64,000 nucleotides of DNA, taken from the NCBI GenBank assembly GCA_963798915.1, contig CAWCVB010000001.1:64001-128000 (forward strand). The letters are read 5' to 3'. This stretch comes from an uncultured Gemmatimonadales bacterium. GTDB lineage: Bacteria > Gemmatimonadota > Gemmatimonadetes > Gemmatimonadales > GWC2-71-9. The position numbers were made by a program, and so were the translations under genes. Numbering within the stretch: the first letter of the stretch is position 1; every line of letters starts with the position of its first letter. Below are positions 28,927-40,824 of the stretch, piece after piece. Under the pieces are notes generated by a model. The model was not told where the DNA came from. It was given only the letters and a program-made list of their open reading frames with translations, and did no database searches.

Positions 28927-30066
28927 CACCCGCTCTTCAATCACGATCCCCCGCTTGGCCAGCGCTTCCACGTAACCCTTGAACGGCATTGCTTCATCGG
29001 GCGTATGCACGCCTTTGAGCGTGACGCGGCCGTCGGCCTGCATCTGGCCGGTGACGGACAGCGAGTAGCCGGTGGTGCGCTCCATGGCGCTGATGCCGTG
29101 CTCCTCATCGTAATAGTCCAGCAGCTGGAAGACCGTGCTGGCCGGTTCCCCATTCTTGATCCCCGAAACACTTACCCGCAGCGCCACCAGGTCGCGCCCT
29201 TCCGGCTTGAACAGCTTGGGACGGACCGCGGCGATGAAGACATCGCGCGGGACAATCCTGGTGCCCTTGACGTCAATCGGCTCGTTGCTGATGAGACCCA
29301 ATTCGCGAATGGGCCGCATCACATCGACGTGCCCGGGATAGCGGAGTGTCTTGTATTCCATGACGTCCACCTTGCCTTCATAGGCAAACGGCATGGTGCT
29401 GATGCCACCGCCGGTGTGGAACGCCTCCAGTTGGCCGACCGGCTGGGGAAATTCGACCGTCTCCAGTTCACTGAGCGCATCCACCTGCACCGGCTTGCCG
29501 CCCCGGAGTACCCATGACGGCGTGGTGTAGTAGTCCAGCGCGCCCTCGAGCGAATACACGATCTGATAATTGAGCGGTGGCTCGGGATGCTGCGGCAGGC
29601 CTCCGACAAAGATCTTGACCTTCTCCGCGCGGTCCAGCCGCCGAATCCCCTCGGCGGCGAGGATGTTGACCATGCCCGGCGCAAGGCCGCAGTCGGGAAT
29701 GACCGAGAGGCCCTTGGCTGACGCCGCGCCATCGAGCTTCTTCTGCTCCATGACAATTTCGGTGTTGCCGCCGAGATCCGAAAAATGGCAGCCGGCCTCG
29801 ACCGCGAGCCGAGCCATGGTGGCGTTGAAGTAGTATGGCAGCGCGCTCATCACCGAGTCGTGCCCCTGCATGAGCGCCAGCGCCGCACGCTCATCATTGG
29901 CGTCCAGCTTCACGGTCATGAGTCGCCGGTCGCGGGTCCCGAGCCAGGAAGGAAGCTTGTCCGGCATGATGTCCGCGATGGTCACCGACTCGACTGCCTG
30001 GTTGTGCAGCAGATCGAACGCGCAGGCGGAGCCCTGAAGCCCACCACCCAATACCAGCATCTTCAT
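28924..30066 (-). CDS. Saccharopine dehydrogenase / lysine 6-dehydrogenase family
   Basis: VLGGGLQG, DLGGN, DCGLAPG, VGGLPQ, YKTLRYPGH, AMERTTG. Confidence 0.88.
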   Translation of the reverse strand: MKMLVLGGGLQGSACAFDLLHNQAVESVTIADIMPDKLPSWLGTRDRRLMTVKLDANDERAALALMQGHDSVMSALPYYFNATMARLAVEAGCHFSDLGGNTEIVMEQKKLDGAASAKGLSVIPDCGLAPGMVNILAAEGIRRLDRAEKVKIFVGGLPQHPEPPLNYQIVYSLEGALDYYTTPSWVLRGGKPVQVDALSELETVEFPQPVGQLEAFHTGGGISTMPFAYEGKVDVMEYKTLRYPGHVDVMRPIRELGLISNEPIDVKGTRIVPRDVFIAAVRPKLFKPEGRDLVALRVSVSGIKNGEPASTVFQLLDYYDEEHGISAMERTTGYSLSVTGQMQADGRVTLKGVHTPDEAMPFKGYVEALAKRGIVIEERV

Positions 30067-30306
30067 CAATGGCCTCGGAATTCCGGTTTCTGAAGCAGCG
30101 TCAGCGGCGCGAAAGCCCCGCAAGATAGCGGCCCCCCGGGCCGGCGTTCAACCCGAGGAGATAGCATCGTAAATTGTGGCATGGAGCGCGCTTCAGGGCC
30201 CCGGCGGATGCGGTCGGCGGCAGCCGCGGGAGACGATGCCGAGCGAACAATCAAGCGGAACTGCGATGCGCGCCCGGCGCAGGGCGGAATAGCGTAGTTG
30301 CAGGTG

Positions 30307-31086
30307 CTACTCAACCGTGCCCGGGAAATAGGTGACTGAGATGGGACTCGCTGCGTCACCCTCAAGCCGCAGCACCCGCGCCGCCCCGCCGCCCAGGGGC
30401 CTGATCTCGAGCTTGTCATTACGGATCAAGGCCAGCGAGTCGCTGCCCCAGCGCGCTGGCGCCGACGCGCCCGGCGCGAGCGGCGCCCGCCGCCCATCGC
30501 GGGTCTCCACACAGAAGCGACTCCCTGCGGTGTCGCACGAAGTGATGCTGGCAAACACGGGCGATCCCAGCAGGACGCGGAGCGCCGAGTCGGCGCGGGC
30601 CCGCTCCCCCGGCGGCACCCGCTCTGCCACCGCTGATGCCGGCGGCGCCGGCCAGTGCCAGAGTCCCGTCGCGGTCTCGGCGTAGATCGTCCGGCCGTCG
30701 CTCGACCAGGCGACCTGCCGCAGTGTTTCGTCCACCGAATCGGGAAGCGCCAGCTCACGCTCGCCGCCACCCAACAGGTTGATGACCCAGATGCTTGCGC
30801 GTCCCGACTGGCCTGCTGCCGGCCCGCGGATAAAGGCCAGCATGCCGCCTTCCGGCGAGAGCGCCGGCGCCGATTCGCGGACCGGGGTCCAGGTCAACCG
30901 CACCACTTCATTGCCGGCGCCTACCACCGCGTAGAGGTCGCCCCCGCCGGCTCCGTCAGCCGCGACCACGGCGTACGGGTCCTTGCCCACCTGCGCCTTG
31001 CCGCGCAGCGGCGGGAGGGAGCAGGCGGTCAGCAGGGTCGCGGCGGTGAGGAGAAGAGCACGGAGTGGTTGACGGTCGACGGTCAA
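30307..31086 (-). CDS. TolB/PD40-like lipoprotein (start uncertain)
   Basis: LLTAC lipobox; PALSPEGGMLAF and AWSSDGRTIY repeats. Confidence 0.6.
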   Translation of the reverse strand: MTVDRQPLRALLLTAATLLTACSLPPLRGKAQVGKDPYAVVAADGAGGGDLYAVVGAGNEVVRLTWTPVRESAPALSPEGGMLAFIRGPAAGQSGRASIWVINLLGGGERELALPDSVDETLRQVAWSSDGRTIYAETATGLWHWPAPPASAVAERVPPGERARADSALRVLLGSPVFASITSCDTAGSRFCVETRDGRRAPLAPGASAPARWGSDSLALIRNDKLEIRPLGGGAARVLRLEGDAASPISVTYFPGTVE

Positions 31087-31336
31087 CGGTCGACGGCGGA
31101 GGACCGGTGGAGGGCGACCCGCGGGCCGCCCGTACGAGGCCGAGCGAAGCTTGCCACACGGTGTCATTGCGAGCACGCCCTTCGGGCGTGCGAAGCAATC
31201 TTGCGGCCCGACCGCGATCTTCGGGCCGATGTCGGCTCGCACCACCGCTGCCATCCTAGACTCATCTGGACTCCGTCGGGACATTCTTTTGGGGCGGCAA
31301 GCTTTGGTCGACCGTTGACCGTCGACCGTCGACCGA
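31070..31336. repeat. Inverted heptamer runs enclosing a GTCATTGCGAG-type REP arm (31162-31200)
   Basis: gacggtcgacggtcaacggtc ... tgtcattgcgagcacgcccttcgggcgtgcgaagcaatc ... gaccgttgaccgtcgaccgtc. Confidence 0.75.
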
Positions 31337-31341
31337 TCCCA

Positions 31342-32169
31342 TCAATGCCCCAGGTGCTCCCGATAGAAGTTCAGGATACGGGTCCAGGCACGATCCACCT
31401 CGGGGCCATCGGAACCGATCCGGCCCGGCTTGAGGAATCCGTGGCCGGTGCCGGGATACACCTCGGTGACGTAGCGCTTGCCCGAGTTGCGCATGAACGC
31501 TTCAACCCTCGGCAGGTCCTGATTGATGCGCCCGTCCTTCTCACCGTACACGCCGAGCACCGGCGCCTTGATGCGGACGAGGCCGGCGCTGTCGGGCGCC
31601 GGGCCGTAGCAGACCACCACGGCCTGGAGCTTCGGGTTGTTGGTGGCATAGCGGAAACTCTGGCCACCACCCCAGCAGAAGCCGATCGTGGCTACGTCGC
31701 CGGGACGCACCGCCGGCTGGTCATTGAGCCATGCGTAGGCGGCATCGAGATCAGCCGTGATGCTGTCCGGATTGAGCTGGGCGATGAGCTTGCGGCCCGA
31801 GTCGGGATCGGTGGGGCTCATGCCGAAGCGTCGCGAGAGCAGGTCGGGCACGATGGCGACATAGCCATTGCCGGCAAGCTTGTCGGCCACCGTCGGCTCC
31901 CAGTCGGTGAGGCCGAAGATTTCATGAATGACGATGATGGCCGGGGCACGGTCGGAGCGCTCGGGATAGGCCACGTAGGCGCGGACCGAATCGGCGCCGC
32001 GCGGAATCCAGCGCCATTCGCCGTGCGTAGTCACCCGGTCCATGAGATTGCCCTGGGCCACGAACCAATAGCCAAGGGCGCCGGCACCCATGGCCAGCAG
32101 CGCCACGACGAGATAGGACGCCATGCCGGCTCGCGACCGCCTGGCTCCTTGACCATGAAGAAGCGACAT
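31342..32169 (-). CDS. Dienelactone hydrolase family protein
   Basis: HEIFG, GFCWGG, GHGF; AGGAGG 5 nt before ATG 32169. Confidence 0.9.
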   Translation of the reverse strand: MSLLHGQGARRSRAGMASYLVVALLAMGAGALGYWFVAQGNLMDRVTTHGEWRWIPRGADSVRAYVAYPERSDRAPAIIVIHEIFGLTDWEPTVADKLAGNGYVAIVPDLLSRRFGMSPTDPDSGRKLIAQLNPDSITADLDAAYAWLNDQPAVRPGDVATIGFCWGGGQSFRYATNNPKLQAVVVCYGPAPDSAGLVRIKAPVLGVYGEKDGRINQDLPRVEAFMRNSGKRYVTEVYPGTGHGFLKPGRIGSDGPEVDRAWTRILNFYREHLGH

Positions 32170-32191
32170 GTACACCTCCTGCGGTATCTGG

Positions 32192-33334
32192 TCAGCGGCG
32201 GCGGCGGAACAGCCGGGCGATCGGGCCTCGGCGCACCACCCGTTCGAGCGCAGCAGCCAACTCGTTCATTGTCTGGTAGCGGTCTTCGGGCGCGAGCGCC
32301 AAGGCGCGCGCCAAGACCGACTCCAGGCGGCCGGGCAGGTCGGGCCGGTACTCCCGGAGCCGGCGCGGCAGGCCGCGGAGCCGCGCCATCATGGTCTCCT
32401 GCGCGTCCTTGCCAACAAACGGAAGCTGGCCGGTAAACAGTTCGAACGCCAGCACGCCCACCGCATAGATATCGCTGCGACCGTCCAGCGACCGGCCACG
32501 GATCTGTTCCGGGCTCATGAACTCGGGCGTACCCAGGACAATGCCGGTCTGGGTGAGCTTGACCACCTCGGCACTGGCGCGACGCCGCTTGGCAAGGCCG
32601 AAGTCCATGACGACGGCGCGGGGGGACGGTCGTCGGTCGTCGGTCGTCGGTCGTCGGTCGTCGCTTGATTGATGACTGACGTCTGACGACGGACGACCAT
32701 CCCCCACCAGCATCACGTTCTCGGGCTTCAGGTCGCGATGAATGATGCCGAGATCGTGCGCGTGCTGGAGGCCCCGGCAGACCTGCACCAGGATGCGCAC
32801 GCCCTCTTCCAGCGTCACGGCGCGGGTCCGGATTTCGTAGTCGGAAAGGGTTTCGCCGGCCAGGAATGGCATGACCAGGTAGATGGTGCCGTCCTCGGTG
32901 TGACCAAAGGCCAGGATGGGGCAGACGTTGGGGTGCTCGAAGCGGTCGGCGATGTCGGCTTCGCGGCGGAGCCGCTCGACGGCGGCGCCATCCTTGGCCA
33001 GGCGGGGCGGCAGCAGCTTGATCGCGACGACCTTCCCGGTCTCGATGTCATCCGCCTGATAGACCCACGACATGCCGCCCTCGCCCACCTTGGTGCGAAT
33101 GCGGTACTTCCCGTCCAGCACGGTCCCGGCAAGGGCGCCGTAGCGGGCCGACTCCTGCGCGGTGGACCGGGGCGCGTCCCGGGCGGAATTGCGCACGCGC
33201 GATTCGCTGGCATGCAGCGGAATGGTGGTCAGTGCCGGCGGGGCGAATTCGACCAGGGGCGTGCCGCAGCGCGCGCAATAGCGCGAGGGCGGATCATATT
33301 GCGCCTGGCAGCGCGGGCACCGGCGGTTGGTCAA
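32192..33334 (-). CDS. Hanks-type Ser/Thr protein kinase with N-terminal zinc ribbon
   Basis: Two CxxC; GEGGMS, VAIK, HRDLKPEN, DFG, GTPEFMSPE. Confidence 0.92.
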   Translation of the reverse strand: MTNRRCPRCQAQYDPPSRYCARCGTPLVEFAPPALTTIPLHASESRVRNSARDAPRSTAQESARYGALAGTVLDGKYRIRTKVGEGGMSWVYQADDIETGKVVAIKLLPPRLAKDGAAVERLRREADIADRFEHPNVCPILAFGHTEDGTIYLVMPFLAGETLSDYEIRTRAVTLEEGVRILVQVCRGLQHAHDLGIIHRDLKPENVMLVGDGRPSSDVSHQSSDDRRPTTDDRRPSPRAVVMDFGLAKRRRASAEVVKLTQTGIVLGTPEFMSPEQIRGRSLDGRSDIYAVGVLAFELFTGQLPFVGKDAQETMMARLRGLPRRLREYRPDLPGRLESVLARALALAPEDRYQTMNELAAALERVVRRGPIARLFRRRR

Positions 33335-34761
33335 TCGCGCACGCGATTGCGGCCGTCGCTCTTGGCGCGGTACAGATTGTGATCGGCCAGCCGAAGTAAT
33401 GACTCGCCGTTGGTCACCTTCTCATTGGGGTACGCTGCCAGGCCGATGCTGATGGTGACCCGCACCGGCCGCCCGGTCTCACCAAAGTCGTAGTTGGCCA
33501 CGCGCTTGAGCACCCGCTCGGCAAAGTTGCGGCTCTCGGTGGTGGTGGTTTCGGGCAGCAGCACCACGAATTCCTCACCGCCGTAGCGCGCCACGGTGTC
33601 GGGGGAGCGCAGCTCCCGCTTGAGCAGCGTGGCCAGCTGCTTGAGGATGCGGTCGCCCGTCAGGTGGCCGTAGGTGTCGTTGATCTGCTTGAAGTTGTCG
33701 ATGTCCACCATCAGGAGCGTCAGCAGTGACGCGTAGCGCGCGGCACGATCCATCTCCTGCTCGATCTTCTCGGACAGAGCCCGGCGGTTGAGCACGCCGG
33801 TCAGCGAATCAGTGGAGGCGAGATGCCGGAGCTGTTCCTGTCCGGTCACCGCCTTCTGCAGGTCATACGCGCGCTCCAGCGAACTCACGGCCGCGGTAAT
33901 GATCTGGTTGGCAAACTGGACATCCTGCTGGTTGAGCGGCACGTCCTCATCGGTGGTGCGGAGAAAGAAGACGCCCGCCGGCTTGTCGTTGAGCTCAAAA
34001 CGCATGGCGATGGCCGAGCGACAGGGAATGGCGCGCCCTTCCTGCTGCCAGGCCTCGCGGATCTGGTCGTACAGCGAATCGGTGGCCACGTCCTGGGCCA
34101 GGACCAGCTCGCCGGTGTCGAGCGCGTGGCGGATTTCGGGGTAGCGCGCCAGATCCACGCGCAGGTTGCGGAGGGTGGGGTTCTCGAATGCCGCCACCAC
34201 CGTGCCGGTCACCTCGCCGGGCTCGGCCAGGATGATGGAGCAGCGCGAGATCCGGAGTCCCTGCGCCACCCGACGCACCAGCACCTGGAAAATCTCTTCT
34301 GGCGTGAGACTCGAGGCCACTTCCTGCAGAATGTCCACCAGCTCCGAGCGGGAGCGCGCCTCGGTGCGGGCCTGATTCAGCTCCCGGCCCACCCGGAGAT
34401 GCGCCTTGACCCGGGCCAGCAGCTCGCGCACCCGGAAGGGCTTGGGGATGAAATCCTGCGCGCCCAGCCCCAGCGCCTTGACGGTGGCGTCCTCGGGCGG
34501 CATGGAGGAAATCATCAGCACCGGCAGGTCGCGCCAGCGGGGATCGGCGCGCACCTTCTGCAGCAGCTCGAGCCCATTGACCCTTGGCATCATGATGTCG
34601 AGCAGCAGCAGGTCGAACGTATCGGCCGCGAGATGATCGAACAGGTGTTCACCGCCGGGTATGGCAACCACGTCGTACCCGTTCTCGCGCAGGATCCACG
34701 ACAGGGTGCGCGAGAGGGTCTGGTCATCATCCGCGACAAGAATCTTCGGGGCGAGCCCCAT
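33331..34761 (-). CDS. Response-regulator diguanylate cyclase (REC-GAF-GGEEF)
   Basis: ADDD/LDIMMP/KPF receiver domain; GAF-like middle; RSPD I-site, RYGGEEF. Confidence 0.92.
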   Translation of the reverse strand: MGLAPKILVADDDQTLSRTLSWILRENGYDVVAIPGGEHLFDHLAADTFDLLLLDIMMPRVNGLELLQKVRADPRWRDLPVLMISSMPPEDATVKALGLGAQDFIPKPFRVRELLARVKAHLRVGRELNQARTEARSRSELVDILQEVASSLTPEEIFQVLVRRVAQGLRISRCSIILAEPGEVTGTVVAAFENPTLRNLRVDLARYPEIRHALDTGELVLAQDVATDSLYDQIREAWQQEGRAIPCRSAIAMRFELNDKPAGVFFLRTTDEDVPLNQQDVQFANQIITAAVSSLERAYDLQKAVTGQEQLRHLASTDSLTGVLNRRALSEKIEQEMDRAARYASLLTLLMVDIDNFKQINDTYGHLTGDRILKQLATLLKRELRSPDTVARYGGEEFVVLLPETTTTESRNFAERVLKRVANYDFGETGRPVRVTISIGLAAYPNEKVTNGESLLRLADHNLYRAKSDGRNRVRD

Positions 34762-35691
34762 CTAGTTCACCAGTGACTGGAGAAGGTCCGGATCAATGTT
34801 GCCGCCGGTTGCGATCGCCACCACCGGCGGCTCCGCCGGGACCGCGCCTGAGAGCATGGCGGCGGTCGTGGCAGCGCCCGACGGTTCGATGGTGAGGCCG
34901 GCCTCGTGAAGAAAGCGGACGGCGGCGCGAATGGCGTCATCATCCACCTGCACGGCGTCCTTGACGGTGTCGCCGATGGCTGAAAAGGGCAAGTCTCCCA
35001 GCATGGCGGGGAGGAGACCGTCAGCGAGACTGTGCGGGTGGGGCACCGGCGTGGGCCGGCCGGCGGCGAGCGCGGCGCTGAGCTTGGGTGCGCCGGACGG
35101 CTCGACGCCAATGATGCGGACGTGGGGCGCTTCCGAGCGGATCCAGGTGGCCACGCCACCGAGAAGACCGCCGCCGCCCACCGGCACAAGCAGGGTCCGG
35201 ACGCCGGGGCATTGCTCCAGGATCTCGAGCGCCACGGTGCCCTGCCCTGCAATCACGTCGGCGTGTTCGTAGGGCGGCACCATCGTCATGCCGCGTTCGG
35301 CGGCGATGGCGCGGCAGGTGGGGTCGCGCTGGCTCCGGTGCTCGACGAAGACGATCTCGCCGCCGTAGTGGCGCACGCCGGCGATCTTGATCCTGGGGGC
35401 GTCCGCCGGCATGACGATGACGGCCGGCATGTCCAGCCGCCGGGCGGCGAAGGCAATGGCCTGGGCGTGGTTGCCGCTGGAATGCGTCACCACGCCCCGG
35501 CGGCGGGTGGCCTCGTCCAGGCGGGAGAGCGCGGTCCAGGCGCCCCGGATCTTGAAGGCGCCGATGGGCTGGTCCTGCTCGCACTTGAGGAGCAGGGTGG
35601 CGCCGTCCGGAAGGGTGAGGGGCAGGAGCCGGCTGCGGACGGCCACCCCGGCAAGCGCCGAGGCGGCCTCGCGAATGGACTGGGCGGTCAC
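34762..35691 (-). CDS. Threonine/serine dehydratase (PLP fold II)
   Basis: GAFKIRGA, SSGNHAQ, VGGGGL, EPSGA, GGN. Confidence 0.88.
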   Translation of the reverse strand: MTAQSIREAASALAGVAVRSRLLPLTLPDGATLLLKCEQDQPIGAFKIRGAWTALSRLDEATRRRGVVTHSSGNHAQAIAFAARRLDMPAVIVMPADAPRIKIAGVRHYGGEIVFVEHRSQRDPTCRAIAAERGMTMVPPYEHADVIAGQGTVALEILEQCPGVRTLLVPVGGGGLLGGVATWIRSEAPHVRIIGVEPSGAPKLSAALAAGRPTPVPHPHSLADGLLPAMLGDLPFSAIGDTVKDAVQVDDDAIRAAVRFLHEAGLTIEPSGAATTAAMLSGAVPAEPPVVAIATGGNIDPDLLQSLVN

Positions 35692-35692
35692 G

Positions 35693-38188
<2,496 letters not shown>

Positions 38189-38343
38189 GGGGCTCGCAGG
38201 ATGTCAGACACGGGTGGCCGGCGGACGGGCCGGGGAACGCTGAAATGTAACCGGACGCGGGTAGGGAAGCAACCGGTCAGAGGCACCGTAAGTGTCTTCT
38301 GAACAACGGGTTAGGTGTCGCGACCGGGTGGGTGGAAAGATGG

Positions 38344-38695
38344 ATCCGTAGATTGCACCGATTGCCCAGACCTATCGATTCAGTCTGTGCGCTTTGGGAC
38401 CTCGGTCGATCTGCAGAAGTTGTCGAGCATCGAGACGGGCTAGGTCGTCAATCATCTCAAGGCCAGCGGGCTCGAGCGCGCATTGCTGCTCAACTTCGGT
38501 GCGCCACCGCTGGAGTACCGGCGCCAGGTGTCGACGGATTATCTCGATGAATCCACAGATTGCACCGATTTCACAGATGCGTCGGGGTAATCGGCGTCAT
38601 GTGCGGACGCATCAACGTACAGCGAACCCGCTAAGGGCGTTCGCCGAGTCTCCGGAGTTCGCTGGTAAATCTGGGCAATCAGTGAAACCTGTGGA
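38344..38695. repeat. CACAGAT-type element with imperfect terminal inverted repeats enclosing a GxxExxY remnant
   Basis: tccgtagattgcaccgattgcccaga (38345) versus the reverse complement of atctgggcaatcagtgaaacctgtgga (38669-38695); internal arm at 38551. Confidence 0.7.
38414..38545 (+). pseudogene. C-terminal remnant of a GxxExxY protein (PD-(D/E)XK superfamily)
   Basis: Manual translation QKLSSIETG*VVNHLKASGLERALLLNFGAPPLEYRR matches the AQ.xNYLKA.....GLLLNFG...L..KR C-terminus. In-frame TAG at 38441. Not in the ORF track. Confidence 0.75.
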
Positions 38696-38749
38696 CCCGC
38701 CAAGGGCTGTCCGGCCATGGTGCCGGAGCAGCCGGCCGTTGGCGTCGCC

Positions 38750-39017
38750 CTAGGACTCGTCGCGCTGGCCCGCCGAGGCGAAGCGCTCTGTGAGCGAGTC
38801 GGCGGGCCTGGCGCCCTCAACCGTGACCTTGAATCCTTCGGATGTCGTGAGCGCAGAAACCACCCCTCCGGTCGCACTCACAACACGTGAGGCAACACCA
38901 CCTGCTCCAAGTAGGCCGCTCGAAGAAGCTCGAAGAGCGCCTCCCGCATCAAGAGCTGCCCCGCTGACACCTCCAGCCATGCCAGCTGCCATCGGAGCCA
39001 TAACCAAGGCCTCCGCA
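38750..39017 (-). pseudogene. Orphan fragment resembling an Rhs C-terminal (pre-toxin/toxin) region
   Basis: Gly/Ala-rich AAGMAGGVSGAALDAGG...GGVVSALTTSEGFKVTVEG; many T/A-ending codons unlike core genes; same strand as and downstream of the Rhs core. Confidence 0.4.
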
Positions 39018-39027
39018 GGCCGCCGAC

Positions 39028-39600
39028 TCACCTCCCTCCTGCGGGCCGGTGGCCTCGTTGTGCCTCCTCCCATTCTGCGGTCAACCCGAGGACGGCGACC
39101 CAGCCCTGGATGTAGGCCAGGTCCAACTCCGCGCCGCGGACCTCGAGGAGTCCGGTCACGTCCTCGATCTGCCGTCGTGACCCGCCCAGCTTCGCCCACT
39201 CCAGTTTGGCCAGGAGCACATCCTCCGCCGTGGCGACATAAAGAGACAGGCCCTCGAGGTTCGCCCGGACTCGACGGTCGAACTCCGTCCGGCTGAAAGG
39301 CCGGGACTTCCGGCAGATGAAGTCGATCTTCCATCCGGTCGACATGTCGATCACGTTGAACTGCGATTCCTGTCGGTGGGCCTCGAGCGCGGCCGCCTCA
39401 TCGGCGTAGTACTCGCTGGGTGGCAGCGAGCGGATGAGAGCGCGGAGCTGGTCGGGGGACGGCGCTATGACGAAGTCAATGTCCTGAGTGGCGCGCGGGC
39501 GCCCGTGGTAGGCGCTCGCAAACGACCCGGTCAACATGTACGGGATGTCGGCGTCCTCTAGCCGGGCGACCATCCGCCCGAAGAAATCAGCCGCCGCCAT
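39028..39600 (-). CDS. Pol-beta-superfamily nucleotidyltransferase-like protein
   Basis: YMLTGSFAS..HG.PRATQDIDFV, KIDF, EDVLLAKLEW, RQIEDV. Confidence 0.75.
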   Translation of the reverse strand: MAAADFFGRMVARLEDADIPYMLTGSFASAYHGRPRATQDIDFVIAPSPDQLRALIRSLPPSEYYADEAAALEAHRQESQFNVIDMSTGWKIDFICRKSRPFSRTEFDRRVRANLEGLSLYVATAEDVLLAKLEWAKLGGSRRQIEDVTGLLEVRGAELDLAYIQGWVAVLGLTAEWEEAQRGHRPAGGR

Positions 39601-39826
39601 TCGGGTGGGGACGGAGGTCGGCACCCACCAGGGTCAGGCGGAGGGCCTGACGGTGCACCCGGGCCTGCGGCCACTCGGGATGCTCGGTCCGGAGCCGGGC
39701 GGCGAGCAGCGCCCGGGCCGCGAGGCTCATGTCCACGGCAAGTTCCAAGCGGCGCTCGGGTAGCAGGCGGCGAAGCACGCCCACTTGCGCCTCGGCCGCC
39801 GCCAGCGAAGTGTCGGTTTTCGGCAT
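39587..39826 (-). CDS. Small (79 aa) helical protein overlapping the nucleotidyltransferase; possible TA partner
   Basis: MPKTDTSLAAAEAQVGVLRRLLPERRLELAVDMS...HPEW; GGAG upstream; its stop overlaps the NTase start. Confidence 0.65.
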   Translation of the reverse strand: MPKTDTSLAAAEAQVGVLRRLLPERRLELAVDMSLAARALLAARLRTEHPEWPQARVHRQALRLTLVGADLRPHPNGGG

Positions 39827-39853
39827 GGGGTCAGGCTCCTCCGCGAGACAAGC

Positions 39854-40081
39854 AATATACCCCTCCGCAAGGCCCGCGTCCTCACCCAGAAGGCCCTGGC
39901 CGCGCTGGTCAACCTCTCCCTCAGCCAGATCCACCGCTACGAGGCCGGCACCGCCCAGCCTGCCCTGAACGGCATCCGAAAGCTCGCCCGCGCCCTCCGG
40001 GTCTCCGCCGACAGTCTCGTCTTCGGGCAAGATGAGGGTGGCCCCGACGAGGAGCTCCGGCTTCAGCTCGAGGCCGTCAAT
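39854..40081 (+). pseudogene. XRE-family HTH regulator fragment, truncated at both ends
   Basis: LRKARVLTQKALAALVNLSLSQIHRYEAGTAQPALNGIRKLARALRVSADSLVFGQDEGGPDEELRLQLEAV; no proper start; the 3' end runs into the Rhs end. Confidence 0.75.
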
Positions 40082-40358
40082 CCGGCGGACACAGTCCAAA
40101 GGGATCCGTGAAGGTACGGGATTATTCCCGGCGTAGGCGTAGAGATTCACCCCGCCGGCCAAGCCGATCGGATCCTGGCTGAGGAACCGCCCGGTCTGGG
40201 GATCATACCACCGGTTCCGCAGGTAGACATAGCCCCCACCGCCCGCACTGGTGGGCGTGCCGGCGCCCGCGAAGCCCAGGCCCGTATGCGTCTCCAGGCT
40301 GCTTGCGGCCGTGCTGCCACTCTCCAGCTTGCCAAACGCGTTCCGGAGGTAGAAGCCG

Positions 40359-40486
40359 ATCCGCAGATGACACAGATGAAAACAAGCGATGACGCAGATG
40401 GCTCGGGAGTAAGTCCGGCACAATCTGCGTCATCTTCTCGCCATGAAATGAAACCCGCTACCTCACTTCTGCGGCATCTGCGGAAT
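40359..40486. repeat. CACAGAT-type palindromic element inside the Rhs gene
   Basis: atccgcagatgacacagatg...gacgcagatg / atctgcgtcatc...ctgcggcatctgcgga. Confidence 0.8.
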
Positions 40487-40824
40487 CACGTAGCGCTGCT
40501 GGATCCGCCAGGTGGTCCCGGTCGAGGGGCGGACCAGGGTAAAGGCGACGTCATTGCCGTCGTACACATAGTAGGTCCGGAAGCCCACCGTGCTGTCGGG
40601 ATTGGCCCCGTCCAGTGCCCGGGCAGTGGTGGTGGCGAGATGGGTCATGAAGCGCCGGCCGCTGCCATCGTACCAGGTCCAGACGTGGTCATAGGGCCCG
40701 GTCACTGCCTCCGGCGTCATGCTGTAATACAACTGGCCCGCCGCGGTCCAGCTGCTCACGCCCCAGAGGGCGAAGAGGCCGGTGCCGCGGTCCAGCGTGG
40801 CCAGCCGCTGCCCCGCCTGAGTCG

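Noticed and set aside
39587..40423. 278-aa ORF as one real protein
   Set aside because: It is a chimera of a repeat element, the Rhs core, the antisense of the XRE fragment and the separate 79-aa gene.
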